NCBI GenBank assembly: GCA_037723965.1
Contig: JBBJOS010000002.1
Span: 15,488-79,487, forward strand
Direction of reading: 5' to 3'
Length of the DNA stretch: 64,000 bases
DNA from: Pyrinomonadaceae bacterium
GTDB taxonomy: Bacteria; Acidobacteriota; Blastocatellia; Pyrinomonadales; Pyrinomonadaceae
Part shown: positions 9,976 to 18,723 of the stretch, in pieces
Layout: each line of letters opens with the position of its first letter
Numbering within the stretch: position 1 is the first letter of the stretch
Program-made: the position numbers and the translations under genes
Notes under the pieces: model-generated
What the model was told of the DNA's origin: nothing
The model's database searches: none
The model's input: the letters and a program-made list of their open reading frames with translations, nothing else

Positions 9976-10163
9976 GTCGCGTAGCGACCTTGTGATTTTA
10001 GCCGTGGGTTTAAACCCACGGTGAATCGTAAAAAGAATCCTTGCCACGTTAGTGGCAACTGATGTTTACCGACTTGTCAGTTGCCGCTCACGCGGCAAAA
10101 ATCAATTTTCTTGGCTTCCGTGGGTTGAAACCCACGGCTAAATTCAATTCATCGCTACGCGAT
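9976..10163. repeat. composite hairpin cassette (REP/MITE-like), copy A
   Basis: Six short palindromes are arranged as a larger imperfect inverted repeat. In order: gtcgcgtagcgac; ccgtgggtttaaacccacgg; ttgccacgttagtggcaa | ttgccgctcacgcggcaa; ccgtgggttgaaacccacgg; atcgctacgcgat. Confidence 0.8.
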
Positions 10164-10221
10164 ACACTAAAGAAGTAAGATAATAATGCTATAGATCATA
10201 CGCGGGCACCCGCAAAATAGT

Positions 10222-12762
10222 ATGAAGATCTGCCCGACCTGCAAGAAAACCTACAATGACGAAGAGCTGAACTTTTGTCTGGCGGACGGCGCAACTTTGC
10301 TCAATAAACGCAACGGGGCCGCTAAACATTCCCGGACGAACGAAGTGCTGGCGGTTATTTTGCTGGCGCTGGCGGTTTTGGTTTTTCTGTGCCTTGTTTC
10401 CTTCAATGAAAGCGACCCGGCGTATAACACTGCTTCATCGCAGAAAATCCAGAATTGGATCGGCGTTGTTGGGGCATTTATTGCTGATTGGGTTTTCCAA
10501 TTCGTCGGGACGGTCGGTTATCTGCTCCCCGCTCTGTTAGCTCTCATTGCGTGGAGAGTTTTTCAATCCGAAAGTCTGCGGCCGCGAATCAGCCGAGCCG
10601 TGGGCTTTTTCCTTTTTGTTGTTTCGGCATCCGGGCTGATCAGTCTCGCGGGATGGCAGGGTGGAATTATCGGCGCGCTGTTCGCTTATTACGCAACATA
10701 TCTTTTATCCACGGTCGGTGCGGCAATTCTGCTCACTACATTTTTTATTCTCGCCGTTCTGTTGATCACCGACCTTTCGTTTCTTGGTATATTCGGTAAT
10801 TTTGAGCTTGCCTGGGAAAATTTTAAGGTTCATTTCACTGAATGGAACACCAACCGTCGTGAACGCCGCGCCGAGGAAATGAAGGAACGGCTGGAAAAAA
10901 GGCGTGAATTGCGTGAGAAGAAAATCGCGGAAGCCGCTCCGACGATCTCGATTGGCGATACGCGGGCCGCAAATTCGAACGCGGCTATGCCGGAGGCTAA
11001 CCCATTTGTTACCTCGCAGGAACCGCTGCCGGATCTTAAAACAAAACCTGATTTTGCCGAGGAGCGGTCAGTTCCGACAATCGGGGCAGCCATGGAAAGA
11101 GTGCCGGATACGATAATCTCAGAAACGCTCGATTTGGTTGATGCCACTGTAACCGATAGGGCAACCGGAAAGATTCCGATCGCCCCGGTAAAGCACACGG
11201 GTGATTTGGAAGATATTGCGGCAACCGAAGGTGTCGATGATGATGAGGATTCTGAGGATTTCATTCCGCAAACGAGTAAACTGAACAACTACGAAAATTA
11301 TGTGCTGCCGAGTTCGCAGCTTCTGACGCCGTCAGCGCCGCCGATTGAGCATAAGGAAAAAGAGCTTCTGGCAATTGCCGAAACACTCACGGACAAAACG
11401 AAGGAATTCAATGTCGCCGGAAAGGTCATGAATATATGTCCCGGGCCGGTCGTGACTACTTATGAGTTCAAGCCCGATCCGGGAGTTAAATATTCGCGTG
11501 TCACCGGCCTCGTTGACGATCTGTGCCTTGCTTTAAAAGCTGAATCGATACGCATCGACCGGATTCCGGGCAAAGCTTTCGTCGGCATCGAGGTGCCGAA
11601 TTATGTCCGCGAAACGATCCAGCTTCGCGACGTGGTGGAATCGAAAAAGTTTAAGGAATCGAAGTCGCTGCTGACCATTGCGCTCGGTAAAACAATCGAC
11701 GGTCTTAATTATGTAGCCGATCTGGCAAAGATGCCGCATCTGCTGATCGCGGGTGCGACCGGTGCGGGAAAATCGGTCGGGGTGAATTCGCTGGTCGTAT
11801 CTATTTTGTACAAGGCAAAGCCGGATGAGGTCAAATTCATCATGGTCGATCCGAAACGGCTGGAGCTCGGCCTGTATGCCGATATTCCGCATCTGGCGAC
11901 GCCGATCATCACCGATCCTAAGCGGGCGGCGATATCGCTGCGGTGGGCGGTTTCGGAGATGGAGCGGCGGTATAAGGATTTGGCAGGTTACGGCGTTCGT
12001 AATATCGACGGCTACAACGTCGAGGCGAAGCGGCGGAATGCACTCGAACAGTGGGACGAAAACGGCGATCCGCACCGAAATTTGCCGTATATCGTTATTA
12101 TTATCGATGAGCTTGCAGACCTTATGATGGTTTCCGGCAAGGAAGTCGAGGAAGCGATCACGCGGCTGGCGCAGATGGCGCGTGCCGTCGGCATTCACTT
12201 GGTTTTGGCGACACAGCGGCCGTCGGTCGATGTAATCACCGGCCTCATTAAGGCTAATTTTCCCGCCCGTATTTCTTTCCGCGTTTCGTCGAAGGTTGAT
12301 TCCCGCACGATCATCGACGGCAACGGTGCCGAAGGCTTGCTGGGCAAAGGCGATATGCTGTTCCTGCCGCCGGCAAGTTCGCAGCTTGTCCGGGTGCACG
12401 GTGCGTTCGTGGATGAGAAGGAAATTGCCGCAATTGTTGACCACGTTAAAAGGCAAGGGCGGCCGGAATACGACACTACGATCACCAAAAGCGAGGAGGA
12501 ACTGGACGATTCGGGCGATCTGCCGGGACGCCGCGATCCTTTGTTTATGGATGCTCTGCGAACCGTGGTCAATGCGAAGCGAGGCTCGACGTCGCTTTTA
12601 CAGCGGCATCTGCGAATCGGTTACGGCAGAGCGGCCGCTATTTTGGACGCAATGGTCAGGGAAGGCTATATCGGCGACATGGACGGAAGTTCCCGCGCGA
12701 GGCCGGTGCTGCAGAAGGCGTATGATGATCTTCAGGACGTCAGCGAAATGGAAAGTAATTAG
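10222..12762 (+). CDS. ftsK: DNA translocase FtsK/SpoIIIE with N-terminal zinc ribbon
   Basis: 846 aa. It has a CPTC...C zinc-ribbon-like start, 4-5 TM helices and an acidic linker. Walker A is GATGAGKS and Walker B is IIIDELADL. The gamma domain reads LLQRHLRIGYGRAAAILD. Confidence 0.95.
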   Translation: MKICPTCKKTYNDEELNFCLADGATLLNKRNGAAKHSRTNEVLAVILLALAVLVFLCLVSFNESDPAYNTASSQKIQNWIGVVGAFIADWVFQFVGTVGYLLPALLALIAWRVFQSESLRPRISRAVGFFLFVVSASGLISLAGWQGGIIGALFAYYATYLLSTVGAAILLTTFFILAVLLITDLSFLGIFGNFELAWENFKVHFTEWNTNRRERRAEEMKERLEKRRELREKKIAEAAPTISIGDTRAANSNAAMPEANPFVTSQEPLPDLKTKPDFAEERSVPTIGAAMERVPDTIISETLDLVDATVTDRATGKIPIAPVKHTGDLEDIAATEGVDDDEDSEDFIPQTSKLNNYENYVLPSSQLLTPSAPPIEHKEKELLAIAETLTDKTKEFNVAGKVMNICPGPVVTTYEFKPDPGVKYSRVTGLVDDLCLALKAESIRIDRIPGKAFVGIEVPNYVRETIQLRDVVESKKFKESKSLLTIALGKTIDGLNYVADLAKMPHLLIAGATGAGKSVGVNSLVVSILYKAKPDEVKFIMVDPKRLELGLYADIPHLATPIITDPKRAAISLRWAVSEMERRYKDLAGYGVRNIDGYNVEAKRRNALEQWDENGDPHRNLPYIVIIIDELADLMMVSGKEVEEAITRLAQMARAVGIHLVLATQRPSVDVITGLIKANFPARISFRVSSKVDSRTIIDGNGAEGLLGKGDMLFLPPASSQLVRVHGAFVDEKEIAAIVDHVKRQGRPEYDTTITKSEEELDDSGDLPGRRDPLFMDALRTVVNAKRGSTSLLQRHLRIGYGRAAAILDAMVREGYIGDMDGSSRARPVLQKAYDDLQDVSEMESN

Positions 12763-12849
12763 ACGCCTGTTTTCGACCGCCGCTAACTTTTCCGGCCCGG
12801 AAATCCCAAAAAAATGAAATTCGACGGCCAACGATAGTTGGCCGAAATG

Positions 12850-12888
12850 TTTTCCACAATTCCTGTGGAAAACCGGCCATTTTCCACA
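12850..12888. promoter_or_regulatory. cluster of three DnaA-box-like 9-mers
   Basis: TTTTCCACA (12850-12858), TGTGGAAAA (12864-12872, inverted) and TTTTCCACA (12880-12888). Each fits the TTWTNCACA consensus. An AT-rich stretch follows, upstream of comEA. Confidence 0.3.
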
Positions 12889-12956
12889 ATATTAAATTGT
12901 TCAACTCTTTGTAACATATGTAGTTTTAGCACTTTGCACATGATAGTGGCATCAAC

Positions 12957-13301
12957 ATGACGAAAACCCACAAGCCGTTTATTTACTTAATTTACCGATT
13001 CCACTATGTTCTGTTTTTATCGGTTTTCATTGTTTTAACATTCGGATGTGGAGTACAAAGTAATGTCGCATCGGACGCGAAGAGCGAGGCCTTTAAAGCC
13101 TCTGCGAACGCAGTCAATATCAACACGGCAACAGCGGAAGAACTGGAGAAAATTCCTTTTATCGGCGAAAAACTTGCGCGTGACATTATCGAACACCGCG
13201 GAATCAATGGGCCGTTTCGAAAGCCGGAACATTTGATGTTGATACAGGGAATCAGCGACAGGCGGTTTAGGGAGATTCGGGGTTTGATAAGGACTGAATA
13301 G
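12957..13301 (+). CDS. comEA: ComEA-like helix-hairpin-helix DNA-binding competence protein
   Basis: 114 aa with an N-terminal membrane anchor. The HhH signature reads VNINTATAEELEKIPFIGEKLARDIIEHR...GPF. Confidence 0.85.
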   Translation: MTKTHKPFIYLIYRFHYVLFLSVFIVLTFGCGVQSNVASDAKSEAFKASANAVNINTATAEELEKIPFIGEKLARDIIEHRGINGPFRKPEHLMLIQGISDRRFREIRGLIRTE

Positions 13302-13487
13302 CGGAAGTCGACGGAACGCAGGCATCTGTGCCACCTTGCGAAGTCCGCGAACGCGCGTTACGTAGGCGATGAAAAATTAAGAATTAAATCCGGGCATTTT
13401 CGATTGTCCGTTTTACCATAACAATTGCCCATCGTTAGTTCGCATTGAAGCAATGCTCATTGCAGGCAAGGATGCCTGCGTTCCGTT

Positions 13488-16181
13488 ATGGAAGAAAAAG
13501 TGTCCTCATCGCGTTCGACGCTTTATCCGCTGCTTTGGCTGGCGGCGTGTTTTGCGGCAGGGATCTTGATTGCGAATTTTATTGAGATTGATTGGCGGAT
13601 TACAGGCGGGTGCGGTTTTGTATTTGCGGCTTTGGCGGCGATATCTGCGAAACATAACTTGGCATTTTTACTTCTGTTTGTGTCGATTGCGGCAGCCGGA
13701 GCGTTTTCGTATCAGATCGAGAAAGGCGGCGTTGCGGAAAATCGCTTAAAACGTATCTATGACGAAGGCCGCATCGATTCAGGCGGGCCGGTTGAGTTGG
13801 AAGGAGTTTTGGCGGCAAAGCCGGAACCGGTGTTTGATGGATTTATTCTAAAACTCAACGCGGAAAAGATCTTTGTAAAAAATTCCGAACAGGAAGTATC
13901 GGGCCAGATTAAAATTTTCGCTCCGGCTGCTAGCGAAGAATTAAAAGCTGAGTATGAAAGCCTCGATCTGCGGCATGGTTCGCGGATACGTTTCGCCTGC
14001 AATCCCGAGCGCGAGGAAAAATACCTTAACCCCGGCGTGATGCGGCGAAAGGAGAATCTCGACCGGCAGAGAATCGACGCTGTGGCGACATTGAAAAGCC
14101 CGCTTTTGATTGAAAAGCTGAGCAGCGAAGGCGTTTTCGCGCCGCTTGCCTTCGTGCATGATCAGCGGGCATCGATGATCGGGCAATTTCGCGATAAATT
14201 CAGCATATCGACCGCAGGAGTCTTGATAGCATCGCTGCTCGGCGACAAATATTTTCTCGATAAACCGACAGCCGACGTTTTTCGCGAGGGCGGGACGTTT
14301 CACATTCTGGTCATTTCCGGCCTGCACATTACGTTCATCGGCGGTCTGACGCTGCTTTTTGTCGGGCTTTTTACCAAACGAAAGTTATGGCAGTTTCTGG
14401 TTGCCACATCATTTTTATGGGCATATACACTGGCGGTTGGAGCAGATGTTCCGGTCGTGCGGGCAAGCATAATGTTTACGGTTCTGCTTTTTTCGCAGGT
14501 GATTTACCGGAAAAGCACGCTGCTCAATGCTCTCGGATTTTGTGCGTTGCTATTGCTGGCGTGGCGCCCAAGCGAGCTTTTCGATCCGTCGTTTCAATTG
14601 ACGTTCGTCAGCGTCGCGGCAATTGTCGGGATGGCATTTCCGCTAATCGAAAAGTTTCGCGCAATTGGAAAGTGGACGCCAACGGCAGACACGCCATTTC
14701 CGCCTAATTGCTCAACCTGGCTGCGCAGGTTTTGCGAAACGCTTTACTGGCGGGACGAAGTTTGGAAAGTCGAAAGCGTACGGCAGATATGGTCGGCGGT
14801 TCTCTTTAAATCACCGTATATTAAATGGCTTGAGATACGAAGTCTGCAAAGCGTCATTGTATTTCTATTCGAAGGAATCATAGTTTCCCTGGTAGTACAA
14901 GTGTGGTTATTGCCGCTGCTCGTGGTTTATTTTCACCGCATATCACCCGTCTCGGTTTTATTAAATCTATGGGTTGGCGTTTTTATCGCTCTCGAAAGTT
15001 TTTCGGCGGTGGCAGCGGTCTTTTTATCGTCGGTCAGCGATTCACTTGCCTCGCCATTCATTGTTTTCACCGAAATTTTTAATTCACTGCTGCTTTCCCT
15101 TCCCGCGTTTTTTGTGGATATGGATTGGGCGGGCTTTCGACTGCCGGTTTATTCGGGGCCGATGAAGGCTGTTTATCTCATCTACTTTTTTCCGGTGCTG
15201 ACTTTGGCGGCGGCTATTTATACCTGGAATCCATTTGCGATTGAAATGAAGGATGTAGAACGGAAATTTTGGCGGCCTGTTATCCACGCAGCATCGGCAG
15301 TGGGCTTTCTGTTATTGGCTTTGATCGTCCATCATCCGCTGAGTGCTCCGGCGGCGGATGGAAAACTACGTGTGGATTTTCTCGATGTGGGGCAGGGCGA
15401 CGCGGCTTTGATTACGTTTCCGAATGGACAAACCATGCTGATCGATGGCGGCGGGCGGATGAATTACGGCGAAGCAGACGGCGGGGAGGCTTTCGAGCCG
15501 GATGTTCCCAGCATAGGCGAATCGGTCGTGTCGGAATTTTTGTGGGAAAAAGGGTATTCCGAAATTGATTTTATAGTCGCGACGCACGCGGATTCTGACC
15601 ATATGCAGGGATTGACTGATATCGCAAAAAGTTTTAGTGTTTCCAAAGCTTATTTTGGGTCGCCTCCATCCGACGATGTAGATTTCATTGAGTTAAATGC
15701 TGTTTTGACGCGCAAAAATATCGCAGTCGAAACGATACGCAAAGGTGACACATTAGACGTTGGGGGTGCGCGAATCGAAGTTTTATATCCTGATCGGAAT
15801 AACGTTTACGGAATTACCGAGAATAATGCATCGCTCGTATTACGGATCATTTTCGGCGATCACGCTTTCTTGTTTACAGGCGATATTGAGAAGGAAGCGG
15901 AAGCGGACTTACTCGATTCGCGTATTTATCTGAAATCGGATGTCGTGAAGGTGCCGCATCATGGAAGCGGAACTTCTTCGACGCTGGATTTTATATCGGC
16001 GGTCAAGCCCGGAATCGCAATTATTTCAGTCGGGCGAAAATCGATGTTCGGGCATCCGCATCCGGAAGTAGTCGAGCGGTGGACTAATGCCGAAGCAACG
16101 GTTATTACCACGGGCGGCAAAGGAACCCTAACGATTGTTAGTGACGGTAAGTTATTTGGAGTAAGCAGGTTCGTGGAATAG
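13488..16181 (+). CDS. comEC: DNA internalization competence protein ComEC/Rec2
   Basis: 897 aa with a polytopic competence domain. The C-terminal metallo-beta-lactamase domain shows DFLDVGQGDA, ATHADSDH and VPHHGS. Confidence 0.92.
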   Translation: MEEKVSSSRSTLYPLLWLAACFAAGILIANFIEIDWRITGGCGFVFAALAAISAKHNLAFLLLFVSIAAAGAFSYQIEKGGVAENRLKRIYDEGRIDSGGPVELEGVLAAKPEPVFDGFILKLNAEKIFVKNSEQEVSGQIKIFAPAASEELKAEYESLDLRHGSRIRFACNPEREEKYLNPGVMRRKENLDRQRIDAVATLKSPLLIEKLSSEGVFAPLAFVHDQRASMIGQFRDKFSISTAGVLIASLLGDKYFLDKPTADVFREGGTFHILVISGLHITFIGGLTLLFVGLFTKRKLWQFLVATSFLWAYTLAVGADVPVVRASIMFTVLLFSQVIYRKSTLLNALGFCALLLLAWRPSELFDPSFQLTFVSVAAIVGMAFPLIEKFRAIGKWTPTADTPFPPNCSTWLRRFCETLYWRDEVWKVESVRQIWSAVLFKSPYIKWLEIRSLQSVIVFLFEGIIVSLVVQVWLLPLLVVYFHRISPVSVLLNLWVGVFIALESFSAVAAVFLSSVSDSLASPFIVFTEIFNSLLLSLPAFFVDMDWAGFRLPVYSGPMKAVYLIYFFPVLTLAAAIYTWNPFAIEMKDVERKFWRPVIHAASAVGFLLLALIVHHPLSAPAADGKLRVDFLDVGQGDAALITFPNGQTMLIDGGGRMNYGEADGGEAFEPDVPSIGESVVSEFLWEKGYSEIDFIVATHADSDHMQGLTDIAKSFSVSKAYFGSPPSDDVDFIELNAVLTRKNIAVETIRKGDTLDVGGARIEVLYPDRNNVYGITENNASLVLRIIFGDHAFLFTGDIEKEAEADLLDSRIYLKSDVVKVPHHGSGTSSTLDFISAVKPGIAIISVGRKSMFGHPHPEVVERWTNAEATVITTGGKGTLTIVSDGKLFGVSRFVE

Positions 16182-16563
16182 TTAATATGCAGAGCAAGAT
16201 ACTTTTTACCGGCACAAATTGTTTTAATAAAGCATAATAATTTCAGTCCGTTTAAAAGACGAGACGCCCGCAAGATCGTTTCACCAAATCTCCGAGCGTT
16301 ACTTTGTCGTCCTATTTAAAGTGAGATTACAGCATCGAAAAGCACTTGTCAAGTTATTTAATGTAATACATTAACAAATAATGTTTAACGCAGAGTTTTT
16401 AAGGTCTGCACTGCGCTTGAAAAAGGAATTTTGCCCGCGTTTAACGCAAATTAACGCGCGAATAAGAGGTTTCTATTTTCTTCATTCTTGCCGATTCGCA
16501 TTATTCGCGGGCAAAACTCTTAATTTCGCGTTTCTTTCGCGTATTTCGCGGGCAAATCATTCT

Positions 16564-18234
16564 TTAATGCTTAAAATGTCTGATGCCGGTGAAGACCATT
16601 GCAATGCCGTGCTCATTGGCGGCGGCGATGGATTCGTCGTCCTTAATTGAGCCGCCGGGCTGGATGATTGCCGAAACGCCGAGTTTTGCTGCTTCATCTA
16701 CATTATCGCGAAACGGGAAGAATGCGTCGGACGCCAATGCGGAGCCTTTTATCGGCAGTCCGAATCGCTCCGCCCTCATCGCGCCGATCCTGACCGAATC
16801 GACACGGTTCATTTGGCCGGAGCCAACGCCGATTGTCTGATGTTCATTGGCGTAAACTATTGCGTTCGATTTAACGTGCTTGCATACGTTCCAGGCTAGA
16901 AGGAGAGCCTTAACTTCTTCTTGGGCCGGATGGCGTTCGCTGACGAATTTTAGATCGGCTTCGGTGATGTTGTGCAAATCTTTTTCCTGAACGAGGAAGC
17001 CGCCGGAGATTTGTTTATATTCGATTTGAGATTTGAGATTTGAGATTTGAAATTGTTCGGAGGCTAACCTCAACACTCTTAGATTTTTCTTTGAATAAAA
17101 TATCTCCAAAGCTTCTGCATCGTATTCCGGGGCGATGACAACTTCCGTGAATACTTCATTTACTGACGCGGCGACGGTCGCATCGACTTTTCTGTTGAAC
17201 GCAACGATACCGCCGAATGCGGAGACCGGATCGGTTGAAAGCGCCCGGCGATAAGCTTCTTCGACGGTCGAGCCAATGCCGACGCCGGATGGATTTGTGT
17301 GTTTTATGATAGCGACGGCAAGCTCGTCGAAATCCTGAACGAGATTCCACGCCGCTTCGGCATCGACGTAGTTATTAAAAGACATTTCCTTGCCGTGAAG
17401 CTGTACAGCCGCCGCTATTCCGCTATGTTCCCCAGTTTCGTAGAGAGCGGCTTTCTGGTGCGGATTTTCGCCGTAGCGGAGATCGGTTACTTTGTCGAGG
17501 TCGATGGTGATGTAATCGGGCAAATGGGAAGTTAATTCAGTCGCCATCGATCCCGGCTCCGACTCGGATGATTCGATGAAAATCAGATTTTTCAGCGGAT
17601 TTAGCGGTTCGAGGAAATCGAGATCGTCGTGCGAAAGCTGTTTCGCCAGATGCGACGATATTGCCAGATCGTAGCTCGCTGTGCGGGTGTAAGCAAGTGC
17701 AGCAAGGCGTTGGCGTGTTTCAAGAGAGAGCGAACCGTCGTTTTCACGCATTTCATCGATGATGCCTTTGTAAAGCAAAGGGTCGGTAATGACGGCGACA
17801 TCGCGCCAGTTTTTCGATGCGGAGCGGATCATTGCCGGGCCGCCGATGTCGATGTTTTCGACTGCTTCATCAAGGCTGATACTATCTTTTGCAATTGTTT
17901 CTTCGAACGGGTAAAGATTTATCACGACCAAATCAATCGGTTCGATGCCGTGCTCGTTCATCGACGCAATGTGCCGTTCATTATCGCGCAGGGCGAGGAA
18001 GGCTCCGTGAATTTTCGGATGAAGAGTTTTTACGCGGCCATCCATCATTTCAGGAAAACCGGTGATCTCAGAAACTTCAGTCACCTGCAAACCAGCATGG
18101 CGGAATGAACTTGCGGTGCCTCCGGTGGAAATGATTTGGACGCCGAATTCGGCCAGCGATTTGGCGAATTCGACGGAGCCGGTTTTGTCGGAAAGGCTGA
18201 TAAGCGCTCGTTTGATTTTTCGTAGTTCGGTCAT
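16564..18234 (-). CDS. purH: bifunctional AICAR transformylase / IMP cyclohydrolase
   Basis: The MGS-like N-domain reads KRALISLSDKTG...STGGTA. The AICARFT domain shows YGENPHQ and IKHTNPSG. I prefer the ATG at 18234 (MTELRK...) over the track's TTG at 18255. Confidence 0.95.
   Translation of the reverse strand: MTELRKIKRALISLSDKTGSVEFAKSLAEFGVQIISTGGTASSFRHAGLQVTEVSEITGFPEMMDGRVKTLHPKIHGAFLALRDNERHIASMNEHGIEPIDLVVINLYPFEETIAKDSISLDEAVENIDIGGPAMIRSASKNWRDVAVITDPLLYKGIIDEMRENDGSLSLETRQRLAALAYTRTASYDLAISSHLAKQLSHDDLDFLEPLNPLKNLIFIESSESEPGSMATELTSHLPDYITIDLDKVTDLRYGENPHQKAALYETGEHSGIAAAVQLHGKEMSFNNYVDAEAAWNLVQDFDELAVAIIKHTNPSGVGIGSTVEEAYRRALSTDPVSAFGGIVAFNRKVDATVAASVNEVFTEVVIAPEYDAEALEIFYSKKNLRVLRLASEQFQISNLKSQIEYKQISGGFLVQEKDLHNITEADLKFVSERHPAQEEVKALLLAWNVCKHVKSNAIVYANEHQTIGVGSGQMNRVDSVRIGAMRAERFGLPIKGSALASDAFFPFRDNVDEAAKLGVSAIIQPGGSIKDDESIAAANEHGIAMVFTGIRHFKH
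17023..17050 (+). repeat. heptamer tandem array (GATTTGA x4) inside the purH coding sequence
   Basis: gatttga|gatttga|gatttga|gatttga followed by aattg. On the minus strand it is translated as ...QFQISNLKSQIE.... Confidence 0.9.
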
Positions 18235-18242
18235 AAGATTTA

Positions 18243-18310
18243 GTTCTGAGTTCAAACTTTAGTTTGTCTTTTGCCGAGCCTGAGTTCAAGCTGAAGCTTG
18301 AACTCAGAAC
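18243..18310. repeat. GTTCTGAG...CTCAGAAC inverted-repeat element (family copy 1)
   Basis: gttctgagttcaa (18243-18255), an inner hairpin tgagttcaagc-tgaa-gcttgaactca, and the 20-mer ctgaagcttgaactcagaac (18291-18310). Confidence 0.8.
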
Positions 18311-18333
18311 AAAAAAAACGGCCCTTAGGCCGC
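18311..18333 (-). terminator. intrinsic terminator (minus strand)
   Basis: The minus strand reads gcggcc-taag-ggccg followed by T8. It lies downstream of the small ORF at 18368-18442. Confidence 0.55.
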
Positions 18334-18367
18334 ATTCTTAATCGAACAAAATAAATCCTGCCGGAGA

Positions 18368-18442
18368 TCAGAAAAAACGTCCTAGAAACAGAAGACTCAG
18401 CAAAAAGGCCAAAGCATAGATTATAATTTTGATAAGACTCAT
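18368..18442 (-). CDS. candidate 24-aa hydrophobic peptide
   Basis: ATG...TGA encodes MSLIKIIIYALAFLLSLLFLGRFF, a single TM-like helix. It has its own downstream terminator. There is no clear Shine-Dalgarno, and it is too short for the ORF track. Confidence 0.3.
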   Translation of the reverse strand: MSLIKIIIYALAFLLSLLFLGRFF

Positions 18443-18723
18443 AAAATTAACTATTCCGTAAGAGCCTAAAAGTGCATAGGCAATAAATATAATAATCCCG
18501 TAAACAATTCGATGTCAAAATTTAACTAGGCTTTTGCCTTATTATTCTTGTATTTCCGCTGAATTTACAATTCTTTACATATATACCTAAGCAAGGTATC
18601 GAGTCGGTGATAAAAATGGATGTACGCTGATAAGTCTCCGGTAGTTTAGCTGACCGAGCGGAATGGGGATTTATTGGAAAAGTTGGGTTATAATGGCTGG
18701 TGGAATTTGTCTCGAAAACCTAA

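Noticed and set aside
9976-10163. Possible CRISPR array, because of the repeated ccgtgggtt(t/g)aaacccacgg palindromes
   Set aside because: Only two copies are present. They are in inverted, not direct, arrangement within a larger palindrome. There is no regular repeat-spacer periodicity and no cas genes.
11533-12456. Long antisense ORFs inside ftsK, the amidohydrolase gene (45532-46263), the lipoprotein gene (18964-19638) and the P-loop/polA region (587-1273)
   Set aside because: These are Arg/Pro/Gly-rich shadow ORFs opposite well-supported genes. They have no motifs and no start signals.
16358-16374. dif (XerC/D) site in the convergent comEC/purH gap
   Set aside because: The palindrome has a 1-nt centre instead of a 6-8-nt central region. 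The best alignment of nearby sequence to the XerD arm TTATGTTAAAT is only 8/11.
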